A stretch of 64,000 nucleotides of DNA from Eledone cirrhosa (lineage: Eukaryota), in the NCBI GenBank assembly GCA_964016885.1, contig OZ024740.1, positions 428,110,001-428,174,000 of the forward strand, given 5' to 3'. How positions within the stretch are numbered: the first letter of the stretch is position 1; each line of letters opens with the position of its first letter. A model generated the notes under the pieces. The model did not search any database. It was not told the DNA's origin and was given only the letters and a program-made list of their open reading frames with translations. A program made the translations under genes and the position numbers. Positions 40,801 through 54,600 of the stretch are shown here, in pieces.

Positions 40801-43800
40801 GAGACAGGAGAGAGATACATGGGTGACAGAAGAGAGATACATGGGAGACAGGAGGTAGAGATACATGGGAAACAGGAGGTAGAGATACATGGGAGACAGG
40901 AGGTAGAGATACATGGGAGACAGGAGAGAGATATATGGGTGACAGGAGAGAGATACATGGGACACAGGAGGTAGATATACATGGGAGATAGGAAAGAGAT
41001 ACATGGGAGACAGGAGATACATGGATGACAGGAGTGAGATACGTGGGACACAGGAGGTAGAGATACATCGGAGACAGGAGGTAGAGATACATGGGAGACA
41101 GGAGGGAGTTACATGGGAGACAGGAGAGAGTTATATGGGTGACAGGAGGTAGTGATACATGGGAGACAGGAGGTAGAGATACATGAGAGACTAGAGATAG
41201 AGATACATGGGAGACAGGAGAGAGAGATACATGGGAGACAGGAGAGAGAGAGATACATGGGAGACAGGAGGTAGAGATACATCGGAGACAGGAGGTAGAG
41301 ATGCATGGGAGACAGGAGGTAGAGATACAAGGGAGACAGGAGAGACAGTAACATGGGAGACAGGAGGTAGAGATACATGGGAGACAGGAGAGAGATACAT
41401 GTGAGACAGGAGAGAGTTATATGGGTGACAGGAGGTAGTGATACATGGGAGACAGGAGGTAGAGGTACATGGGAGACTAGAGATAGAGATACATGGGAGA
41501 CAGGAGAGAGAGAGATACATGGGAGACAGAAGAGAGAGAGATACATGGGAGACAGGAGGTAGAGATACATGGGAGACAGGAGGTAGAGATACAAGGGAGA
41601 CAGGAGAGAGAGTTACATGGGAGACAGGAGGTAGAGATACATGGGAGACAGGAGAGAGAGATACATGGGTGACGGGAGAGAGAGATACATGGGAGACAGG
41701 AGATAGAGATACATGGGAGACAGGAGGTAGAGATACATGGGAGACAGGAGAGAGAGAGATACATGGATGAAAGGAGAGAGATACATGGGAGACATGTGGT
41801 AGAGATACATGGGAGACAGGAGAAAGATACATGGGAGACAGGAGGTAGAAATACATGGGAGACAGGAGGGAGGTACATGGGAGATAGGAGAGAATTACAT
41901 GGGATACAGGAGGTAGAGATACATGGGAGACAGGAGGTAGAGATACATGGGAGACTAGAGATAGAGATACATGCGAGACAGGAGAGAGAGATACATGGGA
42001 GACAGGAGGTAGAAATACATGCGAGACAGGAGAGAGAGATACATGGGAGACAGGAGGTAGAGATACTTGGGAGACAGGAGGTAAAGATACATGCGAGACA
42101 GGAGAGAGATACATGGGAGACAGGAGAGAGTTATATGGGAGACAGGAGGTAGTGATACATTGGAGACAGGAGGGAGAGATACATGGGAGACTAGAGAGAG
42201 CGATACATGGGAGACAGGAGAGAGAGAGATACATGGGAGACAGGAGGTAGAGATACATCGGAGACAGGAAGTAGAGATGCATGGGAGACAGGAGAGAGTG
42301 TTACATGGGAAAAAGGAGGTAGAGATACATGGGAGACAGGAGAGAGAGATACATGTGAGACAGGAGGTAGAGATGCAGGGTAGACAGGAGGTAGAGATAC
42401 ATGGGAGACAGGAGGTAGAGATACATGGGAGACAGGACAGAGTTACATGGGAGACAGGAGGTAGACATACATGGGAGACGGGAGGTAGAGATACATGGGC
42501 GACAGGAGAGAGAGATACATGGGAGACAGGAGGTAGAGATACATGGGAGACAGGAGGTAGAGATACATGGGAGACAGGAAGTAGAGATACATTGGAGACA
42601 GGAGGTAGAGATACATGGGAGATAGGAGGTAGAGATACATGGGAGACAGGAGGTAGAGATACATGGGTGACAGCAGAAAGAGATACATGAAAGACAGGAG
42701 ATAGAGATACATGGGAGACAGGAGCTAGAGATACATGGGAGACAGGAGGTAGAGATACATGGGAGACAGGAGAGAGATTCATGCGTTCCAGGAGAGAGAT
42801 ACATGGGAGACAGGAGGTAGAGATACATTGGAGACAGAAGGAAGAGCTACATGGGAGACAGGAGGTAGAGATACATAGGAGACAGGAGAGAGATACATGG
42901 GTGACAGGAGAGAGATACATGGGAGACAGGAGGTAGAGATACATTGGAGACAGAAGGTAGAGCTACATGGGAGACAGGAGGTAGAGATACATAGGAGACA
43001 GGAGAGAGATACATGGGTGACAGGAGAGAGATACATGGGAGACAGGAGGTAGAGATACATTGGAGACAGGAGGTAGAGATACATGGGAGACAGGAGGTAG
43101 AGATACATGGGTGACAGTAGGTAGAGATACATGGTAGAGAGGAGGTAGAGATACATGGGAGACAGGAGGGAGATACATGGGAGATAGGAGAGAATTACAT
43201 GGGATACAGGAGGTAGAGATACAAGGGAGACAGGAGGTAGAGATACATGGGAGACTAGAGATAGAGATACATGCGAGACAGGAGAGAGAGATACATGGGA
43301 GACAGGAGGTAGAAATACATGCGAGACAGGAGAGAGAGATACATGGGAGACAGGAGGTAGAGATACTTGGGAGACAGGAGGCAGAGATGAATGGGAGACA
43401 GGAGGTAGAGATACATGGGAGACAGGAGGTAAAGATACATGCGAGACAGGAGAGAGATACATGGGAGACAGGAGAGAGTTATATGGGAGACAGGAGGTAG
43501 TGATACATTGGAGACAGGAGGTAGAGATACATGGGAGACTAGAGAGAGCGATACATTGGAGACAGGAGAGAGAGAGATACATGGGAGACAGGAGGTAGAG
43601 ATACATCGGAGACAGGAAGTAGAGATGCATGGGAGACAGGAGAGAGTTACATGGGAAACAGGAGGTAGAGATACATGGGAGACAGGAGAGAGAGATACAT
43701 GTGAGACAGGAGGTAGAGATGCAGGGTAGACAGGAGGTAGAGATACATGGGAGACAGGAGAGAGTTACATGGGAGACAGGAGGTAGACATACGTGGGAGA

Positions 43801-46800
43801 CAGGAGGTAGAGATACATGGGCGACAGGAGAGAGAGATACATGGGAGACAGGAGGTAGAGATACATGGGAGACAGGAGGTAGAGATACATGGGAGACAGG
43901 AAGTAGAGATACATTGGAGACAGGAGGTAGAGATACATGGGAGATAGGAGGTAGAGATACATGGGAGACAGGAGGTAGAGATACATGGGTGACAGCAGAA
44001 AGAGATACATGAAAGACAGGAGATAGAGATACATGGGAGACAGGAGGTAGAGATATATGGGAGACAGGAGAGAGATACATGGGTGACAGAAGAGAGATAC
44101 ATGGGAGACAGGAGGTAGAGATACATGGGAAACAGGAGGTAGAGATACATGGGAGACAGGAGAGAGATATATGGGTGACAGGAGAGAGATACATGGGACA
44201 CAGGAGGTAGATATACATGGGAGATAGGAAAGAGATACATGGGAGACAGGAGATACATGGATGACAGGAGTGAGATACATGGGACACAGGAGGTAGAGAT
44301 ACATCGGAGACAGGAGGTAGAGATACATGGGAGACAGGAGGGAGTTACATGGGAGACAGGAGAGAGTTATATGGGTGACAGGAGGTAGTGATACATGGGA
44401 GACAGGAGGTAGAGATACATGGGAGACTAGAGATAGAGATACATGGGAGACAGGAGAGAGAGAGATACATGGGAGACAGGAGAGAGAGAGATACATGGGA
44501 GACAGGAGGTAGAGATACATCGGAGACAGGAGGTAGAGATGCATGGGAGACAGGAGGTAGAGATACAAGGGAGACAGGAGAGACAGTAACATGGGAGACA
44601 GGAGGTAGAGATACATGGGAGACAGGAGAGAGATACATGTGAGACAGGAGAGAGTTATATGGGTGACAGGAGGTAGTGATACATGGGACACAGGAGGTAG
44701 AGGTACATGGGAGACTAGAGATAGAGATACATGGGAGACAGGAGAGAGAGAGATACATGGGAGACAGAAGAGAGAGAGATACATGGGAGACAGGAGGTAG
44801 AGATACATGGGAGACAGGAGGTAGAGATACAAGGGAGACAGGAGAGAGAGTTACATGGGAGACAGGAGGTAGAGATACATGGGAGACAGGAGAGAGAGAT
44901 ACATGGGTGACGGGAGAGAGAGATACATGGGAGACAGGAGATAGAGATACATGGGAGACAGGAGTGAGATACATGGGACACAGGAGGTAGAGATACATCG
45001 GAGACAGGAGGTAGAGATACATGGGAGACAGGAGGGAGTTACATGGGAGACAGGAGAGAGTTATATGGGTGACAGGAGGTAGGGATACATGGGAGACAGG
45101 AGGTAGAGATAGATGGGAGACTAGAGATAGAGATACATGGGAGACAGGAGAGAGAGAGATACATGGGAGACAGGAGGTAGAGATACATCGGAGACAGGAG
45201 GTAGAGATGCATGGGAGACAGGAGGTAGAGATACAAGGGAGACAGGAGAGACAGTAACATGGGAGACAGGAGGTAGAGATACATGGGAGACAGGAGAGAG
45301 ATACATGTGAGACAGGAGAGAGTTATATGGGTGACAGGAGGTAGTGATACATGGGAGACAGGAGGTAGAGGTACATGGGAGACTAGAGATAGAGATACAT
45401 GGGAGACAGGAGAGAGAGAGATACATGGGAGACAGAAGAGAGAGAGATACATGGGAGACAGGAGGTAGAGATACATGGGAGACAGGAGGTAGAGATACAA
45501 GGGAGACAGGAGAGAGAGTTACATGGGAGACAGGAGGTAGAGATACATGGGAGACAGGAGAGAGAGATACTTGTTAGACAGGAGGTAGAGATACATGGGA
45601 GACAGGAGGTAGAGATACATGGGTGACGGGAGAGAGAGATACATGGGAGACAGGAGATAGAGATACATGGGAGACAGGAGGTAGAGATACATGGGAGACA
45701 GGAGAGAGAGAGATACATGGATGAAAGGAGAGAGATACATGGGAGACATGTGGTAGAGATACATGGGAGACAGGAGAAAGATACATGGGAGACAGGAGGT
45801 AGAAATACATGGGAGACAGGAGGGAGGTACATGGGAGATAGGAGAGAATTACATGGGATACAGGAGGTAGAGATACATGGGAGACATGAGGTAGAGATAC
45901 ATGGGAGACTAGAGATAGAGATACATGCGAGACAGGAGAGAGAGATACATGGGAGACAGGAGGTAGAAATACATGCGAGACAGGAGAGAGAGATACATGG
46001 GAGACAGGAGGTAGAGATACTTGGGAGACAGGAGGTAAAGATACATACGAGACAGGAGAGAGATACATGGGAGACAGGAGAGAGTTATATGGGAGACAGG
46101 AGGTAGTGATACATTGGAGACAGGAGGTAGAGATACATGGGAGACAAGAGAGAGCGATACATGGGAGACAGGAGAGAGAGAGATACATGGGAGACAGGAG
46201 GTAGAGATACATCGGAGACAGGAAGTAGAGATGCATGGGAGACAGGAGAGAGTGTTACATGGGAAAAGGAGGTAGAGATACATGGGAGACAGGAGAGAGA
46301 GATACATGTGAGACAGGAGGTAGAGATGCAGGGTAGACAGGAGGTAGAGATACATGGGAGACAGGAGGTAGAGATACATGGGAGACAGGAGAGAGTTACA
46401 TGGGAGACAGGAGGTAGACATACATGGGAGACGGGAGGTAGAGATACATGGGCGACAGGAGAGAGAGATACATGGGAGACAGGAGGTAGAGATACATGGG
46501 AGACAGGAGGTAGAGATACATGGGAGACAGGAAGTAGAGATACATTGGAGACAGGAGGTAGAGATACATGGGAGATAGGAGGTAGAGATACATGGGAGAC
46601 AGGAGGTAGAGATACATGGGTGACAGCAGAAAGAGATACATGAAAGACAGGAGATAGAGATACATGGGAGACAGGAGGTAGAGATATATGGGAGACAGGA
46701 GAGAGATACATGGGTGACAGGAGAGAGATACATGGGAAACAGGAGGTAGAGATACATGGGAGACAGGAGGTAGCGATGCATGGGAGACAGGAGAGAGATA

Positions 46801-49800
46801 CATGGGTGACAGGAGTGAGATACATGGGAGACAGGAGGTAGAGATACATGGGAGACAGGAGGTAGAGATACATGGGAGACAGGAGGTAGAGATATATGGG
46901 TGACAGGAGAGAGATACATGGGACACAGGAGGTAGGTATACATGGGAGACAGGAGATACATGGATGACAGGAGTGAGATACATGGGACACAGGAGGTAGA
47001 GATACATGGGAGACAGGAGGTAGAGATACATGGGAGACAGGAGGTAGAGATACAAGGGAGACAGGAGAGAGAGTTACATGGGAGACAGGAGGTAGAGATA
47101 CATGGGAGACAGGAGAGAGAAACATGTGGGACAGGAGGTAGAGATGCATGGTAGACAGGAGGTAGAGATACATGGGAGACAGGAGGTAGAGATACATGGG
47201 AGACAGGAGAGAGTTACATGGGAGACAGGAGGTAGACATACATGGGAGACAGGAGGTAGAGATGCATGGGCGACAGGAGAGAGAGATACATGGGAGACAG
47301 GAGGTAGAGATACATGGGAGACAGGAGGTAGAGATACATGGGAGACAGGAAGTAGAGATACATTGGAGATAGGAGGTAGAGATACATGGGAGATATGAGG
47401 TAGAGATACATGGGAGACAGGAGGTAGAGATACATGGGTGACAGGAGAAAGAGATACATGAAAGACAGGAGATAGAGATACATGGGAGACAGGAGGTAGA
47501 GATATATGGGAGACAGGAGTTAGAGATACATGGGAGATAGGAGAGAGATACATGGGAGACAGGAGGTAGAGATACATAGGAGACAGGAGAGAGATACATG
47601 GGTGACAGGAGTGAGATACATGGGAGACAGGAGAGAGATACATGGGAAAAAAGGTAGAGATACATGGGAGACAGGAGAGAGATACATGGGAGATAGGAGA
47701 AATAAACATTGGTTACAGGAGAGAGATACATGGGACACAGGAGGTAGAGATACATGGGAGACAGGAGGTAGAGATACATGGGAGATAGGAGAGCGATACA
47801 TGGGAGACAGGAGGTAGAGATACATGGGAGACAGGAGAGAGATACATGGGTGACAGGAGTGAGATACATGGGAGACAGGAGGTAGAGATACATGGGAGAC
47901 AGGAGGTAGATATACATGGGAGACAGGAGGTAGAGATACAAGGGAGACAGGAGGTAGAGATACATGGGTGACAGGAGGTATAGATACATGGGAGACAGGA
48001 GAGAGATACATGGGTGACAGAAGAGAGATACATGGGAGACAGGACGTAGAGATACATGGGAAACAGGAGGTAGAGATACATGGGAGACAGGAGAGAGATA
48101 CATGGGTGACAGGAGAGAGATACATGGGAGACAGGAGGTAGAGATACATGGGAGACATGAGGTAGAGATGCATGGGAGACAGGAGAGAGATACATGGGAG
48201 ACAGGATGTAGAGATGCATGGGAGACAGGAGAAAGATACATTGGTGACAAGAGAGAGATACATGGGACACAGGAGGTAGAGATACATGGGAGACAGGAGG
48301 TAGATATACATGAGAGATAGGAAAGAGATACATGGGAGACAAGAGATACATGGGTGACAGGAGTGAGACACATGGGATACAGGAGGTAGAGATACATGGG
48401 AGACAGGAGAGAGATACATGGGAGACAGGAGAGAGATACATGGGAGACAGGAGAGAGTTATATGTGAGACAGGAGGTAGTGATACATTGGAGACAGGAGG
48501 TAGAGATACATGGGAGACTAGAGAGAGCGATACAAGGGAGACAGGAGAGAGAGAGATACATGGGAGACAGGAGGTAGAGATACATCGGAGACAGGAAGTA
48601 GAGATGCATGGGAGACAGGAGAGAGAGTTACATGGGAAACAGGAGGTAGAGATACATGGGAGACAGGAGAGAGAGATACATATGAGACAGGAGGTAGAGA
48701 TGCAGGGTAGACAGGAGGTAGAGATACATGGGTGACAGGAGGTAGAGATACATGGGAGACAGGAGAGAGTTACATGGGAGACAGGAGGTAGAGATACATG
48801 GGAGACAGGAGGTAGAGATACATGGGAGACAGGAAGTAGAGATACATTGGAGACAGGAGGTAGAGATACATGGGAGATAGGAGGTAGTGATACATGGGAG
48901 ACAGGAGGTAGAGATACATGGGTGACAGCAGAAAGAGATACATGAAAGACAGGAGATAGAGATACATGGGAGACAGGAGGTAGAGATACATGGGAGACAG
49001 GAGGTAGAGATGCATGGGAGACAGGAGAGAGATACATGGGTGACAGGAGTGAGATTCATGGGAGACAGGAGGTAGAGATACATGGGAGACAGGAGGTAGA
49101 GATACATGGAGACAGGAGGTAGAGATACATGGGAGACAGGATAGAGATACATGGGTGACAGGAGAGAGATACAAGGGTGACAGGAGAGAGATACATGGGA
49201 GACAGGAGGTAGAGATACATGGGAGACAGGAGGTAGAGATACATGGGAGACAGGAGAGATATACATTGTAGACAGGAGGTAGAGATGCATGGGAGACAGG
49301 AGGTAGAGATACATGGGAGACAGGAGAGAAAGATACATGGGAGACAGGAGATAGATATACATGGGAGAGAGGATGTAGAGATACATGGATGACAGGAGGT
49401 AGAGATACATGGGTGACAGTAGGTAGAGATACATGGGAGACAGGAGAGAGATACATGGGAGACAGGAGGTAGAGATACATGGGAGACAGGAGAGAGATAC
49501 ATGGGTGGCAGGAGAGAGATACATGGGAGACAGGAGGTAGAGATACATGAGAGAGGGGAGGTAGAGATACATGGGAGACAGGAGAGTGATACATGGGAGA
49601 CATGAGGTAGAGATACATGGGAGACAGGAGAGAGAGATACATGGGAGAGGGGCATAGAGTTACATGGGAGACAGAAGGCAGAGATACATGGGAGACAGCA
49701 GAGAGAGAGATACATGGGTGACAGGAGAGAGATTCATGGGTGACATGAGGTAGAGATGCATGGGAGACAGCAGAGAGAGATACGTGGGAGACAAGAGAGA

Positions 49801-51699
49801 TATACATGGGAGACAGGAGGTAGAGATACATGGGAGACAGGAGGTAGAGATACATGGGAGACAGGAGGTAGAGATACATAGGAGACAGGAGAGAGATACA
49901 TGATAGTCAGGAGGTAGAGATGCATGGGAGACAGGATGTAGAGATACATGGGAGACAGGAGAGAGAGATAGATGGGAGACAGGAGAGAGATACATGGGAG
50001 ACAGGAGGTAGAGATACATGGGAAACAGGAGAGAGATACATAGGTGACAGGAGAGAGATACATGGGAGACAGGAGGTAGAGATACATGGAAGAGGGGAGG
50101 TAGAGATACATGGGAGACAGGAGAGTGATACATGGGAGACAGGAGGTAGAGATACATAGGAGACAGGAGTGAGATACATCGGAGACAGGAGGTAGAGATG
50201 CATGGGAGACAGGAGGTAGAGATACATGGGAGACAGGAGGTAGAGATACATGGGAGACAGGAGAGAGATACATGGGAGACAGGAGGTTGAGATACATGGG
50301 AGACAGGAGAGAGATACATGGGAGACAGGAGGGAGAGATACATGCGAGACAGGAGAGAGAGATACATGGGGGACAGGAGGTAGAGATACATGGGAGAGGG
50401 GAGAGAGACACATAGGTGACAGGAGAGAGATACATGGGAGACAGGAGGTAGAGATACATGGGAGACATGAGGTAGAGATACATGGGAGACAGGAGAGAGA
50501 TACATGGGAGACAGGAGGTAGAGATACATGGGAGACAGGAGAGAGATACATGGAGACAGGAGGTAGTGATACATGGGAGACAAGAGGTAGAGATACATGG
50601 GAGACAGGAGGTAGAGATACATAGGAGACAGGAGTGAGATACATGGGAGACAGGAGGAAGAGATGCATGGGAGACAGGAGGTAGAGATACATGGAGATAG
50701 GAGAGAGATACATGGGAGACAGGAGGTAGAGATACATTGGAGACAGGAGCTAGAGATACGTGGGAGACAGGAGGTAGAGATTCATGGGAGACAGGAGAGA
50801 GATTCATGCGTTCCAGGAGAGAGATACATGGGAGACAGGAGGTAGAGATACATTGGAGACAGAAGGTAGAGCTACAGGGGAGACAGGAGGTAGAGATACA
50901 TAGGAGACAGGAGAGAGATACATGGGAAACAGGAGAGAGATACATAGGTGACAGGAGAGAGATACATGGGAGACAGGAGGTAGAGATACATGGAAGAGGG
51001 GAGGTAGAGATACATGGGAGACAGGAGAGTGATACATGGGAGACAGGAGGTAGAGATACATGGGAGACAGGAGGTAGAGATACATAGGAGACAGGAGTGA
51101 GATACATCGGAGACAGGAGGTAGAGATGCATGGGAGACAGGAGGTAGAGATACATGGGAGACAGGAGGTAGAGATACATGGGAGACAGGAGGTAGAGATA
51201 CATGGGAGACAAGAGAGAGAGATACATGTGTGACAGTAGGTAGAGATACATGGGAGACAGGAGAGAGATACATGGGAGACAGGAGGTTGAGATACATGGG
51301 AGACAGGAGAGATATACATGGGTGACAGGAGGGAGAGATACATGCGAGACAGGAGAGAGATACATGGGGGACAGGAGGTAGAGATACATGGGAGAGGGGA
51401 GAGAGACACATATGTGACAGGAGAGAGATACATGGGAGACAGGAGGTAGAGATACATGGGAGACATGAGGTAGAGATACATGGGAGACAGGAGAGAGATA
51501 CATGGGAGACAGGAGGTAGAGATACATGGGAGACAGGAGAGAGATACATTTAGACAGGAGGTAGTGATACATGGGAGACAGGAGGTAGAGATACATGGGA
51601 GACAGGAGGTAGAGATACATAGGAGACAGGAGTGAGATACATGGGAGACAGGAGGTAGAGATGCATGGGAGACAGGAGGTAGAGATACATGGAGATGGG

Positions 51700-54600
51700 A
51701 GAGAGATACATGGGAGACAGGAGGTAGAGATACATTGGAGACAGGAGCTAGAGATACATGGGAGACAGGAGGTAGAGATTCATGGGAGACAGGAGAGAGA
51801 TTCATGCGTTCCAGGAGAGAGATACATGGGAGACAGGAGGTAGAGATACATTGGAGACAGAAGGTAGAGCTACAGGGGAGACAGGAGGTAGAGATACATA
51901 GGAGACAGGAGAGAGATACATGGGTGACAGGAGAGAGATACATGGGAGACAGCAGGTAGAGATACATTGGAGACAGAAGGTAGAGCTACATGGGTGACAG
52001 GAGAGTGATACATGGGAGACAGGAGAGAGATACATGGGTGTCAGGAGAGAGATACATGGGAGACAGAAGGTAGAGATACATTGGAGACAGGAGGTAGAGA
52101 TACATGGGAGACAGGAGGTAGAGATACATGGGTGACAGTAGGTAGAGATACATGGTAGACAGGAGAGAGATAGATGGGAGACAGGCGGTAGAGATACATG
52201 GGTGACAGAAGGTAGAGATACATGGGCGACAGGAGAGAGATAAATGGGAGACAGGAGGTAGAGATACATGGGAGACAGGAGAGAGATACATGGGTGACAG
52301 GAGAGAGATACATGGGAGACAGGAGGTAGAGATACATGGGAGACAGGAGGTAGAGATACATGGGTGACAGGAGAGTGATACATGGGAGACAGGAGGTAGA
52401 GATACATGGGAGACAGGAGAGAGATACATGGGTGACAGGAGAGAGATACATGGGAGACAGGAGGTAGAGATACATGGGAGACAGGAGTGAGATACATGGC
52501 AGACAGAAGGTAGAGATACATGGGAGAAGGAGAGAGATACATGCGAGACAGGAGGTAGAGATTCATGGGAGACAGGAGGTAGAGATACATGGGAGACAGG
52601 AGGTAGAGATACATGGGAGACAGGAGGAAGATATGCATGGGAGACAGGAGGTAGAGATTCATGGGAGATAGGAGAGAGATACATGGGAGACAGGAGGTAG
52701 AGATACATTGGAGACAGGAGCTAGAGATACATGGAAGACAGGAGGTAGAGATACATGGGAGACAGGAGATAGATAGATGGGTGACAGGAGAGAGATACAT
52801 GGGACACAGGAGGTCGAGATACATGGGAGACAGGAGGTCGAGATACATGGGTGACAGGAGAGAGATACATGGGAGACAGGAGGTACAGATACATGGAAGA
52901 CAGGAGGTAGAGATACATGGGAGACAGGAGAGAGATACATGGGTGACAGGAGAGAGATACGTGGGAGACAGGAGGTAGAGATACATGGGAGACAGGAGGT
53001 AGAGATACATGGGAGACAGGAGAGAGATACATGGGTGACAGGAGAGAGATACAAGGGTGACAGGAGAGAGATACATGGGAGACAGGAGGTAGAGATGCAT
53101 GGGAGACAGGAGGTAGAGATGCATGGGAGAAAGGAGGTAGATATACATGGGAGACAGGATGTAGTGATACATGGGAGACAGGAGGTAGAGATACATGGGT
53201 GACAGTAGGTAGAGATTCATGGGAGACAGGATAGAGATACATGGGTGACAGGAGAGAGATACATGGGAGACAGGAGGTAGAGATACATGGGAGAGGGGAG
53301 GTAGAGATACATGGGAGATAGGAGAGTGATACATGGGAGACAGGAGGTAGAGATACATGGGAGACAGGAGAGAGAGATACATGGGTGAGAGGGCATAGAG
53401 TTACATGGGAGACAGAAGGCAGAGATACATGGGAGACAGCAGAGAGAGAGATACATAGGAGACAGGAGTGAGATACATGGGAGACAGGAGGTAGAGATGC
53501 ATGGGAGACAGGAGGTAGAGATACATGGAGATAGGAGAGAGATACATGGGAGACAGGAGGTAGAGATACATTGGAGACAGGAGCTAGAGATACATGGGAG
53601 ACAGGAGGTAGAGATTCATGGGAGACAGGAGAGAGATTCATGCGTTCCAGGAGAGAGATACATGGGAGACAGGAGGTAGAGATACATTGGAGACAGAAGG
53701 TAGAGCTACAGGGGAGACAGGAGGTAGAGATACATAGGAGACAGGAGAGAGATACATGGGTGACAGGAGAGAGATACATGGGAGACAGGAGGTAGAGATA
53801 CATTGGAGACAGAAGGTAGAGCTACATGGGAGACAGGAGGTAAAGATACATAGGAGACAGGAGAGAGATACATGGGTGTCAGGAGAGAGTTACATGGGAG
53901 ACAGAATGTAGAGATACATTGGAGACAGGAGGTAGAGATACATGGGAGAAAGGAGGTAGAGATACATGGGTGACAGTAGGTAGAGATACATGGTAGACAG
54001 GAGAGAGATAGATGGGAGACAGGCGGTAGAGATACATGGGTGACATAAGGTAGAGATACATGGGCGACAGGAGAGAGATAAATGGGAGACAGGAGGTAGA
54101 GATACATGGGAGACAGGAGAGAGATACATGGGTGACAGGAGAGAGATACATGGGAGACAGGAGGTAGAGATACATGGGAGACAGGAGGTAGAGATACATG
54201 GGTGACAGGAGGTAGAGATACATGGGAGACAGGAGGTAGAGATACATGGGAGACAGGAGAGAGATACATGGGTGACAGGAGAGAGATACATGGGAGACAG
54301 GAGGTAGAGATACATGGGAGACAGGAGTGAGATACATGGGAGACAGAAGGTAGAGATACATGGGAGAAGGAGAGAGATACATGCGAGACAGGAGGTAGAG
54401 ATTCATGGGAGACAGGAGGTAGAGATACATGGGAGACAGGAGGTAGAGATACATGGGAGACAGGAGGAAGATATGCATGGGAGACAGGAGGTAGAGATTC
54501 ATGGGAGATAGGAGAGAGATACATGGGAGACAGGAGGTAGAGATACATTGGAGACAGGAGCTAGAGATACATGGAAGACAGGAGGTAGAGATACATGGGA

